Positions 28,430 through 36,925 of a stretch of DNA of 47,969 bases are shown here, piece after piece. Every line of letters begins with the position of its first letter. Position 1 is the stretch's first letter. Location: the NCBI GenBank assembly GCA_026014495.1, contig JAOZIF010000021.1:33249-81217 (forward strand). The letters are read 5' to 3'. The translations under genes and the position numbers were made by a program. Below the pieces are notes generated by a model. It was not told the origin of the DNA, made no database searches, and saw nothing but the letters and a program-made list of their open reading frames with translations. The stretch is from Candidatus Bathyarchaeum sp. (lineage in GTDB: Archaea; Thermoproteota; Bathyarchaeia; Bathyarchaeales; Bathyarchaeaceae).

Positions 28430-29974
28430 ATGAGCAGGAATAAAAAAAGGGTGTCCGTGTTTTCCGTTTTTTTTCTAGTTAGTATGTTATTGCTGATTAT
28501 GCCCTTACATGCAGTTTCCGAAAATTATGAAGTGGTTCCGTTGTGGGGACCATACCTTACTGATGTTAGTGAGACAAGCATAACGGTCAACTGGCGAACA
28601 GAAAGCGTCACAAACGGTACTGTTTTCTATGCTACTGATGATTACTTTGATAGTTATGAAAGTTATAACATGTCTATTGACGACTATGATAAAGAACTAC
28701 ATCATGTTCAGTTGACTGGGCTAGCTCCCAACACTACTTACCACTACTGCGTGTTAATTGGAGAAGAGTTTACCGCCGACCACAAGTTCACGACGTTTGG
28801 TAGTGATTCATTCACTTTCATTGTTTATGGAGATACTCAAGAGCAACTTCCCATGTTTACCCAGTTGGAGAGACACAAAATTGTTGCCGAAAGTATTGCT
28901 GCAGAAACTGACATTTCTTTCATTTTACACTGCGGAGACGTGGTTGGCGATGTTGACAACCCAGAAGAATGGGACAGATTTTTCGAAGCAACCCGTTCCA
29001 CACTTGCTGAAACCCCAATATTCACTGTGTTAGGCAATCATGAGGAAAACTCCTCCAACTACTATGACGCCTTTGGAGTATCACAGTGGTATTCTTTTGA
29101 TTGCAGTAACGCACACTTTGCCCTGCTAGATAGCAACAGGTTAAATGCAATTCAGGCAGAGTGGCTTACCGAAGACCTTAGTTGCGATGCAACTTGGAAA
29201 TTCGCCATATTCCACCATCCACCATACAGTTCGACTAGCAGTCATTGGGGTGGATGGATTGACTTGCGTACTACTTGGGAACCCGTGTTCATTGATAATA
29301 GCGTGAATGCCGTCTTTAATGGCCATGTACATGCCTACGAGAGATGCTATGAAAATGGTATTCACTATGCGGTCTTAGGAATTGGCGGTGGACCCTGTTA
29401 TGTGTTAGCCGAGGAGAAGGTGGAGGGCTATTGCAATAGCTTTGAAGACACACTCGGTTATGCCAAAGTGACAGTGAACGGAAACGAAGCGTATATGGAA
29501 ATAATCAAGGTAGCTGATGTTTCCGGCGATGAAGTGACATATGTTTACCCGCCAAACACCGTCTTTGAAACGGTTAGTCTGGGTTCAGAACCGCCGTCAT
29601 CAAGTGCTTCAGTTAGGGCATCCGCAAATTTGATTGTGTCTACGGTGGGTGTTGAGATTGATCGGGATAGCATTGATTATGGTGATGTTACGGCGGGCAG
29701 AAATTCCACTATAGAAACAGTGGGCATTACCAATACGGGTAATGTTGATTGTGAGGTGACACTGGAGGTTAACGGTGTAAATGAAGTTGCCCAGAATTTC
29801 TATGAAAAATCATTGTACATAGACGACAGCATCTACAACATTGATACAGTAATTGCCAGTATCTCGGTTGAAAACACAGATTATGTTGACACCCAGCTTC
29901 AAGTGCCATCAACATGGATCGAAGAAATTGGAGCCCAGGAAGCGACATTCATTTTCTGGGCTGAAGCGTCATGA
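28430..29974 (+). CDS. Secreted purple-acid-phosphatase-like metallophosphoesterase (FN3-like N-domain) plus the shared C-terminal domain
   Basis: GPYL..V....ITVNWRT, HHVQLTGLAPNTTYHY, GDTQ, GDVV, GNHE, HHPPY and GHVHAYER. Confidence 0.9.
   Translation: MSRNKKRVSVFSVFFLVSMLLLIMPLHAVSENYEVVPLWGPYLTDVSETSITVNWRTESVTNGTVFYATDDYFDSYESYNMSIDDYDKELHHVQLTGLAPNTTYHYCVLIGEEFTADHKFTTFGSDSFTFIVYGDTQEQLPMFTQLERHKIVAESIAAETDISFILHCGDVVGDVDNPEEWDRFFEATRSTLAETPIFTVLGNHEENSSNYYDAFGVSQWYSFDCSNAHFALLDSNRLNAIQAEWLTEDLSCDATWKFAIFHHPPYSSTSSHWGGWIDLRTTWEPVFIDNSVNAVFNGHVHAYERCYENGIHYAVLGIGGGPCYVLAEEKVEGYCNSFEDTLGYAKVTVNGNEAYMEIIKVADVSGDEVTYVYPPNTVFETVSLGSEPPSSSASVRASANLIVSTVGVEIDRDSIDYGDVTAGRNSTIETVGITNTGNVDCEVTLEVNGVNEVAQNFYEKSLYIDDSIYNIDTVIASISVENTDYVDTQLQVPSTWIEEIGAQEATFIFWAEAS
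29648..29971 (+). repeat. Duplicated C-terminal domain, copy B
   Basis: Near-identical to 28033-28356. Confidence 0.9.
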
Positions 29975-30087
29975 AAACAAAGGAGTGTTTTGAGCATGAA
30001 ATTTAACACAAAAAAAGAGATGAAAAAGATATGAAAAATAATTGGAAACAAAACGAAAAAAATAAACAAAAAAGGAGAAAAAATCAC

Positions 30088-30921
30088 GTGAAAACGAAAA
30101 TACTGGAGTTAACCCTGATCTTAACACTGATAGTGTCTGTAATTCCGTTCACTGTATATCCTGTAATGGCATCCAATGCCACATCATCCGTTCGCATCGT
30201 CAAATATGCTGCAGATAATACGATAATTTCAGAAACCACCAAAACTTATGAGTGGTTACGAGATAACCTGCCTCAGCAAGGAGACGGAGTGACCCATTAT
30301 TATCACCAAGGGCCTATTTTTGAGGGCGACATGTGGGACCCAACAGAAACACAAAACCTGAAAGACAAAGGGGCCGTCATGGGCACTGCCCTGAAAGACC
30401 TCTGTGAACTTGTAGGAGGTATGTCCCCAGGAAATGAAATTATGCTGAGTGCCGTGGATGGCTGGCACACCGAGTTTGCTTATGAGAACATCTATGAACC
30501 CTTGGATGAACAGGGGGTAATCGCGCTGTGCTGGTATAACGGTGAAGATGCACTGTTTGGAGAACGCTACGGCGATGGCTATACAGGAAACTATTACACT
30601 GCCATGCAAATCGTCTTTTTGGCGGGTACAACTAATGTGAATGGAGAGTATGTTTTCGGTAACTCAGATATGGCGGTGTGTCTGCCAGACGAAAAATACC
30701 AACATTTCTACGAAGGGCTTCCCAGCACAAACGGACTTTCCGGCAAGTGGATTTGTGAAGTGTCAATATTCAGCGGTGAAGCGCCAGTGACACCCGGTGA
30801 AAAGCTGACAGATGGCACATCTGAAGACAGCTCTGAGTTACCCGTAATCCCGATAGTAATTGGCGTTGTTGGAGTGCTGATTATTGCAACTAGTGTGATA
30901 GTCATTTTCAGGAGAAAATAA
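30088..30921 (+). CDS. Exported protein, one insert-bearing Cys-less sulfite-oxidase-like domain plus C-terminal TM
   Basis: GDGVTHYYHQGP, GAVMGTALKDLCELVGG, SAVDGWHTEF and GLSGKWICEV; paralogous to domain 1 of 26824. GTG start at 30088 after AAAGGAG. Confidence 0.75.
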   Translation: MKTKILELTLILTLIVSVIPFTVYPVMASNATSSVRIVKYAADNTIISETTKTYEWLRDNLPQQGDGVTHYYHQGPIFEGDMWDPTETQNLKDKGAVMGTALKDLCELVGGMSPGNEIMLSAVDGWHTEFAYENIYEPLDEQGVIALCWYNGEDALFGERYGDGYTGNYYTAMQIVFLAGTTNVNGEYVFGNSDMAVCLPDEKYQHFYEGLPSTNGLSGKWICEVSIFSGEAPVTPGEKLTDGTSEDSSELPVIPIVIGVVGVLIIATSVIVIFRRK

Positions 30922-30923
30922 AA

Positions 30924-31511
30924 ATGAAGAACAGCAAAAGCAAAAACAAGTGGGCTATTTTGGCACTTATCATCGGCATCACCTTCATTGGTAGTGCAGG
31001 TGCATACTACATATTGGAGTATGTTATCGAAGAACCGATTGACTGGGAAGTTACGCTAATTGGCAGTAACGGCGAGCAGAAAGTAATTACTTACAATGAC
31101 ATACGCAGTTTGCCTTATCAAGACGCCAGTGGCGGATATTTCACGTCAGGCGGTATAGTTTATGGACCCTATGATGTTAGAGGAGTGCTTCTGCAAGACC
31201 TATGCGATCTTGTCGGGGGGATATCTTCTGATGACTATGTTTCTGTAACAGCGCCGGACGGGTACTCCATGGCGTTTGGCTATGAGCAAGTTTGTTTTGG
31301 GGGTTTCCCAGCTTGGGAACCTGGAACAATGGATGAAGTGACAACTGAAACGCAGATGATATTGCTTACGTACAAATGGGAAGGCAAAACTATTGCTCAC
31401 AATGACGGTGGACCACTGAGACTGGCGGTTGTCACTAACGAGACGCTCCTGACTGAAGGACATAACTGGGTTATGTGGGTGAATGAAATAGAAATAAAGA
31501 ACCGTGATTAA
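30924..31511 (+). CDS. N-terminally anchored Cys-less Oxidored_molyb-like domain protein
   Basis: GGYFTSGG, GVLLQDLCDLVGG, TAPDGYSMAF, GGPLRLAVV and LLTEGHNWVMWVNEIEI. Confidence 0.82.
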   Translation: MKNSKSKNKWAILALIIGITFIGSAGAYYILEYVIEEPIDWEVTLIGSNGEQKVITYNDIRSLPYQDASGGYFTSGGIVYGPYDVRGVLLQDLCDLVGGISSDDYVSVTAPDGYSMAFGYEQVCFGGFPAWEPGTMDEVTTETQMILLTYKWEGKTIAHNDGGPLRLAVVTNETLLTEGHNWVMWVNEIEIKNRD

Positions 31512-31617
31512 ACTAGCGCTAGGTGGTTAGAGTTACGTTTTCCAAGTTAACTCTATAAACCAACATTTTTTCTTAAAATCCAAATATCACCCTTATTTTA
31601 TTCACATGTTTGTGCGG

Positions 31618-31733
31618 CATATTAGTCTCCTAATAGTAGTTCATTGTTGAAAACTAGCTTTTTTTCTGAAATTTTCAGCACTGCGCACGTTTGTTCCAAA
31701 GAGTTCACACAAGCATTAGCATAGCAAAAACAG
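31618..31733 (+). repeat. Dispersed intergenic repeat, copy 2 (long form)
   Basis: CATATTAG-tctc-CTAATAG...CATTGTTGAAAACTAGCTTTTTTTCTGAAATTTTCAGCACTGC...AGTTCACA...CATTAG; colinear with copy 4. Confidence 0.88.
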
Positions 31734-31776
31734 AACCCATTTTTTCTAAAAACAAAAGAAATGGTTCGTTACAGGC

Positions 31777-31887
31777 TTAATTTTTGGTGGGCGCAATCCA
31801 CTTGAAGATTTCTTGTATTGCCTTTTCGGAGTATCCCATCTCAACAAGTTTTTGTTTTAGCTCTTTTTTTGTTTCGAGCGTGCTCAC
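31777..31887 (-). CDS. Small protein missed by the ORF track (36 aa, MSTLETKKELKQKLVEMGYSEKAIQEIFKWIAPTKN)
   Basis: GTG start with GAGGGG upstream, protein-like helical sequence, same strand as the upstream operon. Confidence 0.6.
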   Translation of the reverse strand: MSTLETKKELKQKLVEMGYSEKAIQEIFKWIAPTKN

Positions 31888-31924
31888 CTAGTTTTTCCCC
31901 TCTTAAAAATGTTGAAAGAGGGCT

Positions 31925-32221
31925 TTAAGCCCCAAAATTAACCAAAGGTCGTTCTTGTAGATGCTGGTAACCACACTCGCAGGTGTATCCAACTATTGTC
32001 TTTCCCCTCATTATGGGCTCAAAGGTTTTAGCACTGCAGTTATTGAATTGCTTGTGTGTCTTCCACAGCATCTTTAGGTCTTTTTTGTCAATCGCATGGT
32101 GTCTTTTTGCTGAAAGCAAAAACCATGCCAAGACACATCCAAACGCAACCCACACAGTGGGAACCAGAAACTCTGGATGCAAAAAGAACGACTGAAGCGT
32201 AGAAAAAAGCGCCTCAAGCAT
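31925..32221 (-). CDS. Small membrane protein with a possible C-terminal Zn-binding motif
   Basis: One TM, then H...C(x)n-CEC-x2-H; overlaps the stop of the DUF4382 gene. Confidence 0.7.
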   Translation of the reverse strand: MLEALFSTLQSFFLHPEFLVPTVWVAFGCVLAWFLLSAKRHHAIDKKDLKMLWKTHKQFNNCSAKTFEPIMRGKTIVGYTCECGYQHLQERPLVNFGA

Positions 32222-32837
32222 CTGTGTTTTCCTCCTTAGCTTGGGATACAGTGGCTTTTAGAACTGGTCGTAGATTGTTACTGTGACTAATTGACACCCA
32301 ATCGGGTTGCATGTCAATGAGGACAACGACTTCTTCTGCTGCGGTAATATTGAAGTTTGTGATAACATCTATGTGACCAGACGGAACCTTCAAGGGCACT
32401 TCCTCGATGTATTCGTTACCTTCATCGTCAACTCTGTAATACGTCGCGTTTGCCTCAAGCACACTCATCCGAATCTTGTTATAACTTCCTGCATCAAGCT
32501 CAACATCAGCCAAAGGCAGCGTCTCACCATCCTGATACGTAAGAAGATCAAAAGTCAAAGTTGGACCTACCACTGAAAAATCAATAGGAACCCATTCACC
32601 ATCACCATCCCCAGCACTGTGCACTGCAAGGTCACTTATTTCAATCCAAAGCTCATCAACATCAACAGGCGCATCCGTCAACAACACCGTTAACCGCCCA
32701 GTATCCATAGCAACACTAGAAAGAGATTGGGTGCTAGGCAACTCAATCCCAGAAGCAAAAACAGCAACAATTATCGTTGCCGCAATAAGAACACCAGCTG
32801 CTACTCTTAAACCGACTGTTTTCGATTTAACTTCCAT
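32214..32837 (-). CDS. DUF4382-like exported protein
   Basis: N-terminal TM; GRLTVLLTDAP, FDLL, LDAGSYNKIRM, LKVPSG and NNLRPVL. Confidence 0.82.
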   Translation of the reverse strand: MEVKSKTVGLRVAAGVLIAATIIVAVFASGIELPSTQSLSSVAMDTGRLTVLLTDAPVDVDELWIEISDLAVHSAGDGDGEWVPIDFSVVGPTLTFDLLTYQDGETLPLADVELDAGSYNKIRMSVLEANATYYRVDDEGNEYIEEVPLKVPSGHIDVITNFNITAAEEVVVLIDMQPDWVSISHSNNLRPVLKATVSQAKEENTDA

Positions 32838-32896
32838 TTTAATCACTCAAAAAGATATCTGACGAAACAAGATATAAAACAACGTTTTTGAACACC

Positions 32897-32916
32897 CTGT
32901 TCAACTAATTGAACAG
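32897..32916. promoter_or_regulatory. Palindrome CTGTTCAA-ctaa-TTGAACAG (GTTC-N8-GAAC class)
   Basis: Perfect 8-bp arms between the wHTH-TM gene and the DUF4382 gene; same core and spacing as 4789-4804. Confidence 0.65.
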
Positions 32917-32944
32917 AGCCACAACTACCAAAAAAACAGCAATA

Positions 32945-33373
32945 CTACGGGCGACTTCGCCAAACTCTGAAGGTTTCAAACCAAAAAATCACAGTGCTCA
33001 AGGTTCCAAAAATCAAAGCAAAAAGACTGTAAAAATTAACTTCCCGAAACTGAGAAAGAAAAAACACAAAAAGCACAGAAATCATCGACGCATAAGTCAC
33101 GTACCTCGGAACCATGAAACTGCCGACCTTCATAAACTGCTTAAGAACACCCACCTCAACAACCTCCACAACACGATAAACGCCATTCACGTTATCAACC
33201 AAACCCAACTCCACCAACTTATCCAAATGGTACACAGCCAAAGCAGGACTCTTAAAACCAAGCTCCCGCTGAATCTGCCTAGGACCCGCACTGCTCCCAG
33301 AGCACTGCACCAAATACCAGTAAACACGCAATGTGTTTCCTTTCAAGTCACTAGCAACATTTTCTTTAGACAT
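32945..33373 (-). CDS. Membrane-anchored winged-HTH regulator (wHTH + 2 TM)
   Basis: GNTLRVYWYLV...GPRQIQRELGFKSPALAVYHLDKLVELGLV plus two TMs; paralog of 5906-6379. Confidence 0.85.
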   Translation of the reverse strand: MSKENVASDLKGNTLRVYWYLVQCSGSSAGPRQIQRELGFKSPALAVYHLDKLVELGLVDNVNGVYRVVEVVEVGVLKQFMKVGSFMVPRYVTYASMISVLFVFFLSQFREVNFYSLFALIFGTLSTVIFWFETFRVWRSRP

Positions 33374-33388
33374 ACAAAACAACCAACA

Positions 33389-33979
33389 CTACCTACTCCC
33401 CCGAGGAGGCACATACCAAGAATCTGGACTTTGATACTTCACAACCGGAGCATCACTCCTAAACGACAACTTCCGGTCACACAACCGAGTCAACGACAGC
33501 AAAATCTGCTGATGACGCTCTTCATCACCAACAATCAAACTAAAAATATTCAAATCACCCTCACCTTTACCGGACTCATACCCCGCCAAACACGCATACT
33601 CCAAATGAAAAGCCCTCTTATACTCAGCAAACAACAATGTCTCAAACCCAACAAGCATATCCAACAAAGAAAGCAACTCCTCCCGACCAACACACTTGCG
33701 TTGCCCCACATCCTTTGAAAGCGCCTTAATCAATTCCTTATTATACACAATGTTCTCATCACAATCTTTCTCCTGCACCTTAGAACCATTAACCTCATCA
33801 ATTATCGCAACCAATATTGTGGAATGCTTCAAACTATCAGTTGCAATGTAACAGAGCAAAGTTTTTGCTGCTACATCCTCGACTTTCTCAGACAAATTTG
33901 TGTATAACTGAAACAATTCCTTCTCGATGAGTGCTAAAGAAAGAACCTGTCTTTCAAAAATCACAATTTCACTACTCAT
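33389..33979 (-). CDS. Ferritin-like / rubrerythrin-like protein
   Basis: Duplicated helix pairs E(x)6Y...DSLKH and E(x)6Y...DEERH. Confidence 0.7.
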   Translation of the reverse strand: MSSEIVIFERQVLSLALIEKELFQLYTNLSEKVEDVAAKTLLCYIATDSLKHSTILVAIIDEVNGSKVQEKDCDENIVYNKELIKALSKDVGQRKCVGREELLSLLDMLVGFETLLFAEYKRAFHLEYACLAGYESGKGEGDLNIFSLIVGDEERHQQILLSLTRLCDRKLSFRSDAPVVKYQSPDSWYVPPRGSR

Positions 33980-34090
33980 TGGTTATCCCTGTACAATACA
34001 TAAATGGGTGGTCAGTAGTTTCTACAACAAACATTTTATTAAATATTACGACTCAATAAGAGATGACTTATGGAGCACCCATTTTCAACA

Positions 34091-34140
34091 CATATTAGGA
34101 AACTAATAGAGGTTCATTGTTGAAAACTAGCTTTTTTCAG
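34091..34140 (+). repeat. Dispersed intergenic repeat, copy 3 (core only)
   Basis: CATATTAG-gaaa-CTAATAG-AGGTTCATTGTTGAAAACTAGCTTTTTTCAG. Confidence 0.88.
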
Positions 34141-34168
34141 GAAAACATGAACTCAAATGAAAAGTCAG

Positions 34169-34768
34169 TTAAGATTGCGTTTCTTGTTGCATTAGCAAAA
34201 ACTTTTGCAGAGCAATTATTGTTGGAGCGTGAGTTATCTTAAGCGAGTTTAGCATTTCTTTTATGTCTTCAATTGGTACAAGTTTGACGTTTATTTGTTC
34301 GGTTGCTTCTAGCTGTTGTGTTCCCTTTGTTAGGTTTTTGGCTAAAAACAGGTGAGCTTGTTGGGTGCTTCTTGACAGTGGATTAAACCTTCCAATGCAT
34401 TCAATTTTCTCCGCGCTGTAGCCTGTTTCTTCTTTTAGTTCACGAACTGCACTATCTTTGGGGGTTTCTCCTTTTTCGACGTGTCCGCTTGGAATTTCAA
34501 GGCTTAAACAGTTTCTGGGGTACCGCAAAATCTCAATCATTACAATGTTGTTGTCTGTAACGGGGACAACAGATACGAAATCTATTAGCTCCATTTTTGT
34601 GAACGTTATATGTTTGCCGTTGGGCAACATCACTTTGTCGTCGAATACTTTTAGAAAGCTTGAACTACAGATAAGCTTCGTTTCAATGAGTTTCCACTTT
34701 TCCAATATGCTCAACATCCATTGCATTTGTAAACGAAAGGAGCAGATATTAAGGTGATTGCGCGCCAA
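34169..34768 (-). CDS. NUDIX hydrolase (ADP-ribose pyrophosphatase-like)
   Basis: Nudix box GHVEKGETPKDSAVRELKEETGY. The true start may be a downstream Met. Confidence 0.9.
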   Translation of the reverse strand: MARNHLNICSFRLQMQWMLSILEKWKLIETKLICSSSFLKVFDDKVMLPNGKHITFTKMELIDFVSVVPVTDNNIVMIEILRYPRNCLSLEIPSGHVEKGETPKDSAVRELKEETGYSAEKIECIGRFNPLSRSTQQAHLFLAKNLTKGTQQLEATEQINVKLVPIEDIKEMLNSLKITHAPTIIALQKFLLMQQETQS

Positions 34769-34799
34769 TAAACTATAGCAAAGTCGGGAATCCTGAACG

Positions 34800-36335
34800 A
34801 TGACTAAAGCTCTAATTTCAAGTTATAAGCAGCTACTGGAAAAGACCAAGAACATAACAACTCTTCATTCGGCAGCTGCGATTCTTCACTGGGACATGGA
34901 AACAATGATGCCTCCAAAAGGAATCAAAATGCGAAGCCTACAGCTCGCTATGCTCAGCAGAATTGGGCACAAAATGAGTACCGCCCCAGAGATTGGACGA
35001 CTTTTACAAGAAACAATAAATCATCCAGACTACAGCAGCCTAGACTTGGTTCACAAAAGAAACCTGTACCTAATAAAGAAAAGCTACGACGAACAAACAA
35101 AGCTGCCCGAAGAGCTTGTAGTTGAAACCTCAAAACAACAAGCAATAACAATCAACATGTGGAAAAAAGCTAAAGCGACAAAAGACTTCGCCAAGTTCAA
35201 GCCTGAACTCGAAAAACTCTTTGAACTAAAAAAACAGGCAGCCGAAATATTAATGCAAGTCAAAGAAACAGCCACACCATACGATGCACTGGTAGACATT
35301 TTTGAACCTAAAATGAGTTCTGAAGCCATCAGCAAAGTCTTCAAAAAACTCAGAGAAGGACTAGTTTTGTTGCTGAAAAAATGTGAGACTGCACAAAAGC
35401 AGCCTGACACGTCGATTCTTGAGCGCCCAGTTCCTGTTGAACCTCAGCAGAAAATTGGCAAGTTACTTGCCGAGTTCATTGGCTACGACGTAACGTCAGG
35501 CGAGTCTGGAGGCAGAATCGACGAAACAGAGCATCCATTCACAACAGGTTACTATGATGATGTGCGAATCACAACACACTACTACCCACACAGGTTCGCT
35601 TCCTCAATCTTTTCTATATTGCATGAAGGCGGACACGCCATATACGAACAAAATCTAAAACCCGAATGGATGTTTCAGCCCGTTGGAGACGCCTGCTCCA
35701 TGGGATTCCACGAGTCCCAGTCCCGCTTCGTAGAAAACATCATAGGACGCTCCCACGAATTCTGGACCTACTTTTTGCCAGCACTAAAAAAACTCACAGG
35801 CAACGTGCTTTCTGATGTAACTGTAGACGATTTTGTTCATGCAATAAATCATGTTCAATCATCGAAAATTCGGGTTGAAGCAGACGAAGTCACTTATGGT
35901 CTACACGTGATAATACGCTTCAATCTTGAACAAGACCTGTTCGCAGACAAAATCTCGATAGATGAGCTTCCGCAGGTCTGGAACAAAAACTACAACAAAT
36001 ATCTGGGCGTAACCATCAAAGACGATTCTGAGGGCGTGATGCAGGACACGCACTGGGCAAGCGGATTATACGGCTACTTCCCAAGCTACGCACTGGGAAA
36101 CATCTACAGCGGACAATTATTAGCCTGCATGGATACACAACTTCAGGGCTGGCGCGACCAGATAGCTAGGGGCGAATTTGGAACCGTGAAACAGTGGTTA
36201 AACGGCAACGTTCATAGACACGGAAACCTATACAGCCCACCAGAATTAATCAAAACAATCACGGGAAAAGAACTGTCTGTTAAACCATTCATTGATTACC
36301 TGAACAACAAATATTCACAGCTCTACCAATTCTAA
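34800..36335 (+). CDS. Carboxypeptidase Taq family (M32)
   Basis: ETEHPF, HEGGHAIYEQ, HESQSRF, IRVEADEVTY, QDTHW and GYFPSYALG. Confidence 0.96.
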   Translation: MTKALISSYKQLLEKTKNITTLHSAAAILHWDMETMMPPKGIKMRSLQLAMLSRIGHKMSTAPEIGRLLQETINHPDYSSLDLVHKRNLYLIKKSYDEQTKLPEELVVETSKQQAITINMWKKAKATKDFAKFKPELEKLFELKKQAAEILMQVKETATPYDALVDIFEPKMSSEAISKVFKKLREGLVLLLKKCETAQKQPDTSILERPVPVEPQQKIGKLLAEFIGYDVTSGESGGRIDETEHPFTTGYYDDVRITTHYYPHRFASSIFSILHEGGHAIYEQNLKPEWMFQPVGDACSMGFHESQSRFVENIIGRSHEFWTYFLPALKKLTGNVLSDVTVDDFVHAINHVQSSKIRVEADEVTYGLHVIIRFNLEQDLFADKISIDELPQVWNKNYNKYLGVTIKDDSEGVMQDTHWASGLYGYFPSYALGNIYSGQLLACMDTQLQGWRDQIARGEFGTVKQWLNGNVHRHGNLYSPPELIKTITGKELSVKPFIDYLNNKYSQLYQF

Positions 36336-36490
36336 TCTAAACCAATGTTTTACCCCCCTGTTAGTCACATACCAAAGCCCAAAAAATAGACTAAACAAAA
36401 CATGGCAACAAGCAAAAATAGCGGTTCTCACAATAAGATTTAAAAGAGGATGTTTGAATAAAAGCTGTAATCTTATTGGAGGAACAGGAA

Positions 36491-36763
36491 ATGGTTGAAT
36501 TTCCCGAAGAAGTTGTAAAGAAAGCGTTCGGCGCTTCAGACGGCAGATGCGAATGCCTAATGGTAGAACACGGTCACGTCTACAATTCTCAGTGTATGAG
36601 AGTACTTAGTTGGGATAAACGAGGACAGTCTTTCGTTGCACCTGACGGTCAAAAAGGCTGGGAAGCACATTGGATAGTGAGCCCAGAAAACGGCGGAAAA
36701 CCGACACAAGAAAACTGCGAAATACTCTGCTGGGACTGCTACATCAAAAAGAACAAGAAATAA
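36491..36763 (+). CDS. Small HNH-like zinc-binding protein, probably degenerate
   Basis: FPEEVVKKAF...GRCEC...C...WEAHW....GG....NCEILCWDCY. Confidence 0.7.
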   Translation: MVEFPEEVVKKAFGASDGRCECLMVEHGHVYNSQCMRVLSWDKRGQSFVAPDGQKGWEAHWIVSPENGGKPTQENCEILCWDCYIKKNKK

Positions 36764-36925
36764 ACTAATTCCCACTTCTCTTTTTTATCAAATTCACTAG
36801 TCTAATTTAACGTAGACTAGGTTTAGAAGATGTTTTAAGGTAACTTAAACCATATTTTGCATTACATACAGGGGGAGACTAAGTTATCATACGCAGAAAA
36901 GGGGCATAAACTATTAAACCGATCA

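Noticed and set aside
32909-33718. 269-aa plus-strand ORF
   Set aside because: Shadow of the wHTH-TM and ferritin-like genes, with biased His/Gln/Thr/Pro composition.
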